In this document: in pieces, positions 24,009 to 36,453 of the stretch
Numbering within the stretch: the stretch's first letter is position 1
How the letters are laid out: every line of letters begins with the position of its first letter
Origin: Octopus sinensis
Lineage: Eukaryota
Assembly (NCBI RefSeq): GCF_006345805.1
Contig: NC_043002.1
Location: 23,126,001-23,190,000, forward strand
Direction: 5' to 3'
DNA: 64,000 nucleotides
Position numbers and translations under genes: made by a program
The notes under the pieces: model-generated
Seen by the model: only the letters and a program-made list of their open reading frames with translations
Databases searched by the model: none
Told to the model about the DNA's origin: nothing

Positions 24009-24138
24009 TAATAAGAATAATAATAATGATGATAATAGAATAATAATAATGATATGAAATAATAATAATAATAATAATAATATAATAATAATAATAATGA
24101 TGATAATAATAATAATAATAATAATAATGATAATAATA

Positions 24139-24181
<43 letters not shown>

Positions 24182-24344
24182 TAATAATCATATATAATAA
24201 TAATAATAATAATAATATAATGATAATGATAATAATAATAATGATAATGATAATAATAATAATGATAATGATTATAATAATAATAATAATAATAATAATA
24301 TAATAATAATAATAATGTAATAATAAATAATAATATGAAATATG

Positions 24345-24377
<33 letters not shown>

Positions 24378-24406
24378 TAATAAGAATGATGATATAATAA
24401 AAAATA

Positions 24407-24437
<31 letters not shown>

Positions 24438-24864
24438 TAATATAATAATAATAATGATGATGATATATAATGATAATAATAATAATATAATAATAATATA
24501 ATATAATAATAATATAATAAGATATATAATAAATAATAATAATAATAATATAATAATAATAATAATGATAATGATAATAATAATATAATAATAATTTAGA
24601 TAATAATAATAATAATAATAATAATGATAATAATAATAATAATAATATAATAATAATAATAATATAATGATAATAATAATAATAATAATAATATAATGAT
24701 GAAATAATAATAATAATAATAATGATAATAATATAAAATAATAATAATAATAATAATAATGATAATAATAATAATAATAATAATAACAATGATAATATAA
24801 TAAAATAATAATAATAATAATAATAATATGATGATATAATAATAATAATAATAAGATAATATAA

Positions 24865-24909
<45 letters not shown>

Positions 24910-24962
24910 GAATACAATAACAATAATAATAATATAATAATAATAATAATAATAACAATAAC

Positions 24963-24993
<31 letters not shown>

Positions 24994-25018
24994 GATGATG
25001 ATGAGGATGAGGATGATA
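22932..25018. repeat. ~2.1-kb imperfect (TAA)n microsatellite with TGA interruptions
   Basis: Direct reading; source of the spurious 600-aa and 486-aa ORFs. Confidence 0.97.
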
Positions 25019-25212
25019 ACGAGTGTTGTTGCCGCCATACTTCCATGCTAATTTGCCGTCTTTCATCATATATTTACAATGTCGGCCTGTTACGAGATCA
25101 ACGTCGCTCCATAACTATTTTGCTGACGATACTTAGATAAAAAAAATTGTCGTCTGCAAAATATTTCTCCCATTCTCCTTGTACTTTATCTATATTGATC
25201 TGCTGTGAGGGG

Positions 25213-25503
25213 GGGAGGCGTGTAACCTAGTGGTTAGGCGTGTTGCACTTACAATCATAATATCATGGTTTAGACTCCCAGATCGGCTTCACCTTGTATT
25301 CTTACGCAAAACACTTCATTTTACATTGCAACAGTCCACTCAACTGCGAATGGATAGCCCTGCGACGGACTAGCTTCCCGCTCAGGAGGAATGTTGGCCG
25401 TCACGCCTAGCCAATGGGGTAGCATCATTTTAGCCTTCAGGTAATCGGCATTGTGACCAGCGATGTATAACAACATGCGACAGTCTGGTCGATCACGTAA
25501 CAT
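25213..25503 (+). mobile_element. Diverged tRNA-type SINE
   Basis: TAACCTAGTGGTTAG head, CAAAACACTTCATTTTAC..AGTCCACTCAACTG block, CCCTGCGACGGACTAGC block. Confidence 0.65.
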
Positions 25504-26192
25504 ATATATATAAGGAATTGCTTATTTGTTTCAGTCAATATGAATTACTCTCATTAGGGTTAGGATTAGGGTTAAAGGTGCCCTTGTCAAGAAATATCGT
25601 TCATAGATTCTGTTGACATCATTCACACGCGCCTGACTCGGGTTCAAAAGTTACAACCCGAGTTGTTACGTATAATCGTAAAAATTCAAATTCAAATTAA
25701 ATTTCTATAGAGATTAGGATTTAAATTCCAGTCTATGAAAAATTTTCGTTCTACAATATTCTTAAAGGAATGGAAAATTATTCAGCAACTCAGGCCAATA
25801 CGAACGAGCCTGTTAGGTATAAAAGACTAAGAAGCATCTCTAGTCAAGAGTACAGGCGATAGTCAGATCGCTGGTGTTGGTTGTGCACTCCGCTGTCGTT
25901 ATATGACTGGTGTTATTCTGTGCGTCTGTGTGTAAAAATCAGTTGTGTTTTGCAGGGTTGTTTTATTTTTACCCTTAAATTAGAAATGGAGGAAGACATA
26001 ATGTGCTAGATATAAAAGATAAGCCATTTGGGGATAGAAATAAAGTGGATAAACGTAAAATTCTTAAATTCTTCGAGCTGGCACCTGTCATATACAAAAA
26101 TCTGTGATGAGCCCAAGTAACGCTGAGGACCTATGTCGCCTCTGATATGTATGTGTGTGTATGAATATATATATATAATATATATATAATAT

Positions 26193-26254
<62 letters not shown>

Positions 26255-26830
26255 CATATACATATATCCACTCATATATGTAGATATATGTATATACATA
26301 TGTATATATATATCTATAGATGTATATATATATGTGTGTGTGTATATCTATCTATCTGTCTATTATAGATATATATATATATATTAATATATATATATAT
26401 ATCAGAAAGTTAAAATGCACTTAAAGAAAATATATTTACAATTACTTAACCAATTCACAATTCGCCTGATTCCCAGAAGTAGTGGAATATGGAGAGACCT
26501 ACAGCTTCATCGTATTTTTAATTTTTATAGTTGTTTCCCACAGATTATGTGTCTGACAGTCCTTCATATTTGAGTGACAGCTAGTACACCAGCGCTGCCA
26601 ATTGAATACGAATAAATAATCACTAATAATCTGTGAAAAACATGCATTAAAACTTTAAAATACGATATAGCTCCAAGTCTTTCCATAGTTCACTGCTTTT
26701 GAGAGTTTTAGGAATTGAGAACCAGATAAGTAATTGTAAATAACTTTTCTTTAAGTGCATTTTTAACTTCCTTCTTTACACTTCTCGCACGGATAAAAAA
26801 AAACTTATTCTCCAGTTGTATGAGTATGTA

Positions 26831-28093
26831 TGCAAGGGAGTACCCAAAAGAAACCGGAATTTTGCAATGTTATTTTATCCACTTACTTTTACATGTTTAC
26901 ACTTTTATCGCCTTCAAATTATTCTCCATTTGAAGCAATGCATCGGTCCAGATACGTTTTCCACTGTTCGAAGCAGTCATGGAATTCTTGTGAGGTGATG
27001 CCTTTTAACACCTCCGTTATTTTTTTCCTTCACCTCTTCCACATCTGCTAAATGTTTTCTTTCGGAGAGCAAGATCGAATGAATAGGGAGGGTGATTAAG
27101 CGGGTTCAAGACATTTTTAGTCAAAAACTGCCTCACACTCAAGGTGGTGTGCGTATACGCATTGTCATGATGAAGTCACCACTCTCCACTTTGCCACAGG
27201 TCGGGGCGTTTTCGTCTCACCTCGTCTCAAAACGCTTCAGAACTTCCAAGTAAAATGTCTTGTTAACTGTTTGACCAGGAGGAACAACTTCTCTGTGGAC
27301 AATTTATTTCGCATTGATGAAACAAATCAGCATCGTCTTGACAATGAACTTCACTTGAAGCGTTTTAGAGGTAGGTCACATTGAATGCGTCTATTGACTT
27401 GATTACTGCTTCGTTCCCGGGTCATAGCCGTAGCACCAGCTTTCATCACCATTGACGACCTTCGAAAAAAGGTCCGGACCACCCTCTAACTGTTCTTTCA
27501 GATCACTACACGCATTCAGTCGTGACTCCTTTTGGTCTTCCGTGAGCAGGCGAGGCACAAATTTTGCTGCAACTCTTTTCATTCGCAATTCTTCGCTCAA
27601 AATTTGTGGGAAGGAGCTCCAGGGAACACCAGTCATATGAACAAGTTCGTCAGTTGTTCGGCGACGGTCCTCCAAGTTCAGTTCATAAATTTTCAGGATG
27701 TTTTCATTCGTTCAGGAGGTCGACAGTCTCCCTGAATGAGATTGGTCTTCAAGTAACAAGTGACCATTTCTAAAGCGTGAAACACTCTTAAACTTGTGTT
27801 TTGTTCACGGCAGCCTACTTGTAAGCTGTTTGAAGCATAGCTACAGTTTTGGCCGCCATTTTGCCCAGCAGGAAACAGAATTTCGCGGAATCTCGCTGTC
27901 CTTTCGTTTCAGCCATCGCAAAAAATCGACGATTATGGGAGAAGCAAAACAATGGCGCACCACATGGAAGTACGACTCCACACGATAACGCCAGTTGGCA
28001 GACCATCAAGTTGCTTCTAGCGGCAGAAGTCTGAACTACAACTGGCTTGCCCCACAGAAAACGCTTCCGGTTAATTTTGGATACCCCCTCGTA
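26831..28093 (-). mobile_element. Near full-length decayed mariner transposon
   Basis: TIRs TACGAGGGGGTATCCAAAATTAACCGGAA / degenerate left copy; transposase remnants KFCFLLGK, AKFVPRLLT, GDESWCYGYDP, HHDNA, HPPYSxDLA. Confidence 0.9.
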
Positions 28094-28176
28094 TGTATGT
28101 GTGCATATATGTATATATGTATGCATGCATGTAAGTAGGTAGGTATGCTTCCATATATGTATGTATAGACAAATAA

Positions 28177-28237
<61 letters not shown>

Positions 28238-28509
28238 CAGGCAGACAAACAGATATATATGCATACATACATACATACATACATCATACATACATACATG
28301 CATACATACATACATACATACATACATACATACACATACATACATACATACACACACATTACTGTCACTGAAGAATTCTCAGACGAAGAAGGATGTATAT
28401 TTTGTTGATTCATGATTATGGATCACACACAGGCGCGCGCGCACACACACGCACACACACATACACTCACTCGCGCACACACACTCATACAGACACGCAT
28501 ACGTGTGTA

Positions 28510-28690
28510 TGTACGAGTAGGTGCCTTCGTGTTGGTCTATCTCCCAATGACAACCGATGATGGTTTGGCCACTTCGCTGTAATGTAGCTACTATAGTGGT
28601 TCAGCAAATGATATCGAGAAAATAAGTACTAAACTTGAAATAAGCACTGGGATCGATTTGGCAGACTAAATCCCTTCAGGACAGTGTATC
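28510..28690 (+). mobile_element. Decayed SINE family B 3' half
   Basis: ATGACAACCGATGATGG and ATAAGTACT..GGGATCGATTTG blocks. Confidence 0.55.
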
Positions 28691-29199
28691 GGGGGGGGGG
28701 ACATAACCCAAAAACTGAAACCAGGAAGAGAGTAAATGTGCCTGTCTCTAACTTTCCCAAAATTAATGTTTTGTTTTATTTCGTTTTGTTTTTGGGGATA
28801 TCAACAATGTTTTCAATAATATATAATTCCAAGACAATTCCTGGCGTTGATATAATCGATTATACCATTCCATAACTTTTAAAATCGTGTGTCCATGTAA
28901 GGAATCACTACTATAGAAATTTCAAAAGGTCAAAGATTCAAATACGGCGGTTATTCTCCAGTATTTAACTACATCATTCTGTCCATTGTTTCATTGTTTC
29001 ATTGTTTCCTATTTCTTTTTACTATTTCCTTCTACTGCTGCTGCGCCCCTGCTGCTTCCTCTACTATTGCTGCGGCTTGTACTGCTTCTTCTTTTTCTTC
29101 TTCTTCTTCTCCTTCTCCTTCTTCTTCTTCTTCCAATCAGGACTCATGCCATTAGCCACAAAGAATGATCTCTAATTCGAGCCTACTCTAAGCTACTAA

Positions 29200-29596
29200 G
29201 AATGCGTGTGGCAACTTGAAGACCCACTCACCACACGTGATAGACTGGCGGTTGCACGGACGCGAAAGCTACGTTGTTATCTTCATTCCGTAAACGGTGG
29301 CTTTTAACGGGTGGAGAGCTGAACCATCCTGGGTTACAGAGGATTCGCAATCTAGACTGGGTTCTGAAAGTTTATCATACCATAGTGGGTTACACAATGG
29401 TTCCTCTGCTTTGTGGCAGAAGTAGGAAGAAAGAGTGAGAGAAAGTTGTAATGAAAGAGTACAGCAGGGTTCACCCCCATCTCCGCTGGAGCCTCGTGGA
29501 GCTTAGGTGTTTTTGCTCAATAAACATTCACAATGCCCGGTCTGGGAATCGAAACCGCGAGTTCGCTGCCCTAACCACTGGGCCATTGCGCCTCCA
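29200..29596 (-). mobile_element. tRNA-type SINE family D
   Basis: Head GGCGCAATGGCCCAGTGGTTAG..TTCGATTCCCAGACCGGGC shared with 53290 copy. Confidence 0.75.
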
Positions 29597-30177
29597 CATT
29601 ACTGTTGCTGCTGCGTTGTCTTCATTGTTATCTTTGTTGTTGTTGTTGCTGCTGCTGCGGCCGCTGCTGCTAGTGTTACTTTTGTTGATGATATTGTTTC
29701 CGCATGATTTATCGCTGCATATTTTTACAGTTTTTTTTCCCCCTGATGTTAAATCCTAGATCGACCCTAATTGAGTAAACCTATCACCAAAAGAATTCCA
29801 GCCATGACCATCCCGTTTTTTTCCCCAAAACACAAAAACTTTCGAGTACTATATTATCCAACGTACCTTCTTTCTTCGTCTGATATGACAGAGTTAGATT
29901 GAATGGGGTCGGCTGCTGTGTCTAGCGGATCGAGTGGTCCTTTAAGTTTCCATTGTTGGACAGTTGTTTTCGCTGTTATTGCTGTTGTAATATTTTTTTG
30001 TTGTTTGGGGGGGAAGAAGAGGAGTGGAAGAGACTGTAGAGAACCCGACTTTGTGATTGCAGTATTTATGTAACGCTCCCCCTTTACTCCTTGTTATATG
30101 CAGCCATGTGGCATTCTCCGCTAATTTTCTCTGAAGAATGGGACAAATAGCATTCATTATGTTTCATTAACTGCTTG

Positions 30178-30271
30178 AAAGAAAGAAAGAAAGAAAGAAA
30201 GGAAGGAAGGAAGGAAGGAAGGAAGGAAGGAAGGAAGGAAGGAAGAAGAAAGAAGAAAGAGAAGAAAGAAA

Positions 30272-30303
<32 letters not shown>

Positions 30304-30306
30304 GAA

Positions 30307-30376
<70 letters not shown>

Positions 30377-30393
30377 AAAGAAAGAAAGAAAGA
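30178..30393. repeat. (GAAA)n/(GGAA)n microsatellite
   Basis: Direct reading. Confidence 0.97.
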
Positions 30394-30746
30394 ATACAGT
30401 GGAATATGTAAGAGGGGGAACAAAAACAGAAGGTGACTTCTGAAATACATAGACAGGGAGAAAGAGAAACAAATAGTAAGAGAAGCAGTATCATATGAGT
30501 TCGAATTCCACCAGGAACTATCAATCTATGAAGTAGCAGTTATATACTGCGGTCGATTCTGTCGAAAATACCCTGCTTCCATAAATATTTGTCTCTCTTG
30601 AAATTTGTTATTGTTGCCGTCGTCGTCGTAGTCGTAAGCGCCACCGTCGTCGCCGTCTTCTCATCGTCGCTGTTCTTCTTATTTTTGTTTCTGTTTAAGA
30701 GTGGGAGTGATATCGCTTATGGTTATTTATTTTTGTTTAATTCACT

Positions 30747-31270
30747 TTAAATGCTCTTATATGAGAAGACTTCAAAATCAAACAATTTTCCTTTGTGACT
30801 GCTTAAGTCTTCATAGATTAGTTTATTTATCCTGATGATATTGATGTCTGCCTCTGTTTCTAGTCCATGGTTGAGTTTGCTGGTGCTATTTTGTTTGTTA
30901 AGTTTTACATTTGGGAATTTCTTTTGTTTGTTTATAGAAAGATCTGTCGATTTAAATTCCTTGACTGTTATCCGCCGTAGCCATTTGTCTTGAGGCTTCA
31001 AAGTAGAAACTTAAGAATCGCTAAGTTTTAGTAAGAAATTATGGATTTTTAAGTGCTGGACTAGAAGAAACTTAGAAAAGACACCACAGGCGAAATGGTA
31101 GCAGCATGAATGGCTACTGAACACGACAGCAACGTAGATATGAAGGCGCCATTATTTGTGGAAAGGTGCGAGCGCTTAGACACGAAAATACGAAAGTCAT
31201 TCGATGAATCCAAGTAACAGAGAGATGGCATAACAATACAGTCACCATACGGTCTTTGACAGACCATAAT
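30747..31270. mobile_element. Decayed R4/Dong-like fragments in opposite orientations
   Basis: Minus ORF has NIIRINKLIY (N-terminal region); plus strand has HDSNVDMKA remnant. Confidence 0.35.
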
Positions 31271-32039
31271 GAGTAAATGCTATCCGTGGCGAATTAAATG
31301 TTCGCACTACTTTTTCACAGTACTTTTCTGACGGAATTAGGAGGCGAATGAGTCATAAAGTCTTCTACAAATTATAGCCGAAGGGTTTAAGCGGTGTTCA
31401 AAGTTGAAATAGCATCTGAGGTACATGAGTTATCGAGTGTTATTCAGATTACAACGACTGGGCCGTCCGCTTTATGATTTATTTCAACTTGTAAGGTAGA
31501 TTCCCCACTTTTTGCTGTTATGTACAGCCGCTGTGAGATGATTCGGAATATTTTGAATCATGCGAGCCCAGAATTTGTGACGCTACTGAAGAAAAGATTT
31601 TGTTGTTAAGCCTTAGCTAACAACTCCATTTAAAATGCTGGTCATGGTACTAAAAAAATATTGGCATTTATCCCTTGTATTGTCATCGAAGTTGATTGTA
31701 ATTCCTAGATCTCTTCGAGACAAGCTTTAACTTATGCTATTCATCGTAGAAGTTTAGGTGTAAATCAGGCTTTGATAAGGCATTGATAAATTTGGTTCAA
31801 TTCATTCATCCCCACTAGGTCACTGCCATTAATCCCCGCCCCCCAGGTTACTGTCGTAAATACGATTTCGGTTTTGTGTGCAGAAGCTCTTCTCCTTCAT
31901 TGTACAGTGGTTACTGATGTGTGACCTGAGTAAATTTCCACCTAACTCCATCGTTTGAGGAGGGGGTATTACGCGTTTAAGAATGTTTTTTTTTTCTTTT
32001 CACTAATTCTGTACTCTGAGATTCTTTAGCCTTTACTGT

Positions 32040-32270
32040 AGATATCGGAAGTGTAGGAGGGGAGACGTTGTCCATCCGAACTATGATACGGAAGGATAGT
32101 ATCCGTCTATGCGAATGATACTACTGTCATAATTTCCGGTATATCGGATATTGAAGTGGTTGCCCCAGACTAGAGCATAGATTTATCAAAGTATTTGGAG
32201 AAGTAGCTCCAAGCTAGTAATCGAAAGTCACTGGAAGCCCAGTTAAGCTGCTTTGGTTTTAGATCTGCTT
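32040..32270 (+). pseudogene. Decayed non-LTR RT fragment (L1/Tx1-like)
   Basis: VYANDTTVIISGISDIEVV (YADD-like) followed by an NRKS remnant. Confidence 0.45.
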
Positions 32271-32704
32271 TGATTCAAAAACCAACGTGGCGGGGAATTG
32301 GAAAATGATGACAACCAAAGAATCTCTTGGAAATTGGTTTTCTTTTCTTTCTTTTTTTTTTACATTCATTCGTTGCCCTTTCTCGCCCTATAAGATGAAA
32401 TTTGTTTACTTTCATCGCAGTGATTCTACAGCGTTGATGCTTTTGCGCTGCTATTATTGCTACACATCAGTAAATATACTGAACAATGGTTGACTTGCTA
32501 CCGGTATATACTTTAGCAGTGTATGCCCTTCAGACTGGTAACAGACTGCAGCGTTACTCCAGCCCTGCTGTTTGATACTGACCGAGGATAAAAGCACATC
32601 AAACACCCCTCTGAGGAGTATTTGTCTGGCTCCAGTTTCTGTGTCATCGGCGATAATTTCCTTCACTCAGTCGTCTCCCATGCTGCGCAAGCACATTGGA
32701 GGAG

Positions 32705-32880
32705 TAGGTAGGTAGGTAGGTAGGTAGGTAGGTAGGCAGGTAGGTAGGTAGGCAGGTAGGTAGGTAGGTAGGTAGGTAGGTAGGTAGGTAGGTAGGTAAG
32801 TAGGTAGGTAGGCAGGCAGGTAGGTAGGTAGGTTGATTTATACATAGACAGTTTAAAACTACAGACAGACAGACAAATAT

Positions 32881-32969
<89 letters not shown>
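32705..32969. repeat. (GGTA)n and (GATA)n microsatellites
   Basis: Direct reading. Confidence 0.95.
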
Positions 32970-32970
<1 letters not shown>

Positions 32971-33398
32971 GAGAAAGTCAGATACTAGTACACTGACTGA
33001 CTTAGAGACAGACAAATCCATGAAGAGTAATTTGTTTGAACACTGAATATTTGCTTAATCCAAATGGAAAAAATATTTACAAAACCAACAGGAGATCGAT
33101 AATTGATGAACGGAATAGGAGCGAAAAAAAAAGGGAAAGAAAATTTACTTGTTTAGACGGTGAGAAAGCGGGGAGAGGAAGTGAGTGATGTTTGCTCATG
33201 CGAAGAGAGAGGGAGAAAGGGTTTGTTTGTTCAGGCGAAAAGAGAGAGATGTTTTGTTCCGAGCTTACGTAATTTCATTGAATACGGTTTGAGTGTTTCT
33301 ACTTGTTATCAGGTATTTTCCCCCAATCTGATGTTAAATCTTTATTGTTGGCTCGAGAAACAAATGAAGACAATAGCATTAGAGTACAATAGCTGATA

Positions 33399-33470
<72 letters not shown>

Positions 33471-33699
33471 TCTCTCTCTCTCTTTCATTCTCACTCTCTT
33501 TTTCACTCTCTCTTTCTCTCCTTCTTTCTCAACCTCTCTTACACTCTCTCTCTCTCTCTCTCAGTTTTCCTTTCCTCCCACCCTTTTATTTTTTGCAATG
33601 ATTGATTTGTAAACGAACAAGTCAATAGCTTCCGAAAGTCGTTTCCTTAAAGCGTGTTACTCGGATGTGCACTGATATCTGGAGCGAAGGCTAATGATA

Positions 33700-34180
33700 A
33701 ATGGATGGGTGGTCGGATGGATGGATGGATGGATGGATGGATGGGTGGATGGATGGACGGACGGACGGATGGATGGATGGATGGATGGATGGATGGATGG
33801 ATGGATGGATGGATGGATGGACGGACGGACGGATGGACGGACGGATGGATGGATGGATGGATTGATGGATGGATGGATGGATGGATGGATGGATGGATGG
33901 ATGGACGGACGGACGGATGGACGGACGGATGGATGGATGGATGGATGGACTGATTGATGGATGGATGGATGGATGGATGATGGATGGATGGATGGATGGA
34001 CGGACGGACGGATGGACGGACGGATGGATGGATGGATGGATTGATGGATGGATGGATGGATGGATGGATGGATGGATGGATGGATGGACGGACGGACGGA
34101 TGGACGGACGGATGGATGGATGGATGGATGGACTGATTGATGGATGGATGGATGGATGGATGGATGGATTGATTGATGGA
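33700..34180. repeat. (GGAT)n/(GGAC)n microsatellite with higher-order periodicity
   Basis: Variant block (GGAC)3 GGAT (GGAC)2 recurs near 33819, 33903, 33998 and 34086. Confidence 0.9.
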
Positions 34181-34344
34181 TAAGTTGCCTGATGAGTAGG
34201 GGGGTGCCTAGACTGGATGGAAAGACTGATGGATAAAATGTATGTATATGTGTATGTGTGATTGCGTAGTGTTTATAAGCGTGTATTTGTACATGTTTGT
34301 ACAAGTAACTGCATGTTGAATGTAGAATGGTTAAAAAGCTATAC

Positions 34345-34700
34345 ACTCGATTAAGTTAAAAAGCTCGCTTTGCAATTACGAGTTCTGGGTTCGATCCAAC
34401 AGTGTGACATCTTAGACAAGGACATTTTCCATAGCCTTCCGGCAACCTATGCTTTTCCAATGATACTGGGCTGACGGAAACTGAACGGAACCTTGATGAT
34501 TGGATTACACCGGGCTAACCCAAAGGTGCAGCTTTGTTGGAACACTATGTCACACGAATTCTTCCCTAGGATTATGTTAAGGATGCAGTTTGTCTATGGA
34601 ATACTCAGCCACTTACGCATTAATTTAATGAGTAGGTAGTTCAGATGATTATACCAACTGATTACTCATCGTCGAAACCAACGGAGATCGCTATATTTTT
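34345..34700 (+). mobile_element. Old diverged SINE with family C-type tail
   Basis: GGGTTCGATCC B-box-like motif; GGAATACTCAGCCACTT and CTCATCGTCGAAACCAACGGAG tail. Confidence 0.6.
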
Positions 34701-34969
34701 TATGGTGTATGTTGTTTTGTTGTTGTTTCGTTGTTATTGTGATTGTTGTTAATATTGTGATTATTGTTAATATTGTGATTGTTGTTAATATTGTAATTGT
34801 TGTTAATAATAATTGCTGTTGTTGTTGTTTTTGTTTTTGTTCTTGTAGTCGTTTAGCTCAGGATTAGCGCTAATCGAACAGAGCGCGATGATCAAAGATT
34901 TTTACAGCGTTGAAAATCCAATCTTCTAAAACGTAATTAAGATTTCATTATCTAAGGTCTCTTTTATAT

Positions 34970-35187
34970 TACTCGTTTACTCTTTTACTTGTGTCAGTCA
35001 TTTGACTGTGGCCATGCTGGAACACCGCCTTTAGTCGAGCAAATCGACCCCAGGACTTATTCTTTGTAAGCCTAGTACTTATTCTATGGATCTCTTTTGC
35101 CGAACCGCTAAGTTACTGGGACGTAAAGACACCAGCATCGGTTGTCAAGCGATGTGGGGGGTGGGAAAAACACAGGCACACAAATAT

Positions 35188-35231
<44 letters not shown>

Positions 35232-35394
35232 GACGGGCTTCTTTCAGTTTCCGTCTACCAAATCCACTCACAAGGCTTTGGTCGACCCGAGACTATAGTA
35301 GAAGGCACTTGCACAAGGTGCCACACAGTGGGACTGAACCCGGAACCATGTGGTTGGTAAGCAAGCTACTTACCACACAGCCACTCCTGCGCCT
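34970..35394 (-). mobile_element. SINE family B, full length
   Basis: Reverse complement of the 19184 copy. Confidence 0.93.
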
Positions 35395-35889
35395 ACGCTA
35401 TTATTTATTTTTTATTTGAAAGGGTACGATTTGAGGAAGATTTGACTCTTATTTCTAGCAAGTTAAAGATCCGACGCTGGCTCACATCACGGTACGCAGT
35501 CATTGTCGTCGATGCTACCGTTTTATTGTTTGCCTCCAAGTTAGTCCTGACTGAGCAGACCTATAATCAAAATTGCTCCAGCTATAACATTCCTATACTC
35601 CTCTGAGGCATTGCATACCTAAGACTACATCACCCAATATGTCCCCGCCTTTTCAAGACGGTCCAATGGCTAGACAGGAGTTGCCATGTTGGCTCGTATC
35701 ATGGCATATATGTATTTGTGGTGACGAACGTAGTGAGGTACTGGTAGTAGTAGTAGTGGTGGTGGTGGTGGTGGTGGTGTTCTATTTCGGTTTTCTCTCT
35801 TTTAGATTCAGTTGGCATTGAAGTGAATTTTAAAATAATGTTAACATACGCAATCAACACATACATGCATACATATGTGAGAGTGTATG

Positions 35890-36279
35890 TAGGCGTAGGA
35901 GTGGCTGTGTGGTAAGTAGCTTGCTTCCCAACAACATGGTTCCGGGTTCAGTCCCACTGCGTAGCACCTTGGAGAAAGCACTTTCTGCAATAGCTTCGGG
36001 CCGACCAAAGTCTTGTGAGTGGATTTGGTAGACGGAAACTGAAAGAAACTCGTCGTATGTATGTGTGTATTTGTGTGTGTATATCTGTGTTTGACCCCCT
36101 CCATCGCTTGACAATCGATGTTGGTGTATTTATGACCCCGTAACTTATGACCCCTGTTCTGCAAAAAAGACCGACAGAATAAGTACTGGGCTTATAAAAA
36201 ATAAGTTCTGGGGTCGATTTGTTCGATTAATGGTGGTGCTCCAGCATGGCCGCAGTCAAATGACAAGTAATAAAAAAAG
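35890..36279 (+). mobile_element. SINE family B, full length
   Basis: Same head and tail as the 19184 copy. Confidence 0.92.
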
Positions 36280-36406
36280 CGTGTCGCTATATATATAAAT
36301 ATAAATATATTGACACACACATACACACACAAATATGTGTATGTGTGTGTCTCTCTCTCCCTATATATATATGTGTGTGTGTGTATAGACTCACACATAT
36401 ACGTGT

Positions 36407-36449
<43 letters not shown>

Positions 36450-36453
<4 letters not shown>

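Noticed and set aside
23244-25069. Long ORFs of 600, 486 and 157 aa
   Set aside because: Translations of the (TAA)n tract (poly I/Y/L); no coding signal.
25110-25140. YFADDT peptide resembling an RT active site
   Set aside because: Isolated six-residue match followed by a stop, with no flanking RT motifs.
25553-25582. TTAGGG-like run (TTAGGGTTAGGATTAGGGTT)
   Set aside because: Only three imperfect units; insufficient for an interstitial telomere call.
32460-32690. GC-richer segment after a plausible minus-strand acceptor
   Set aside because: All three frames hit a stop within 13 codons of the acceptor.
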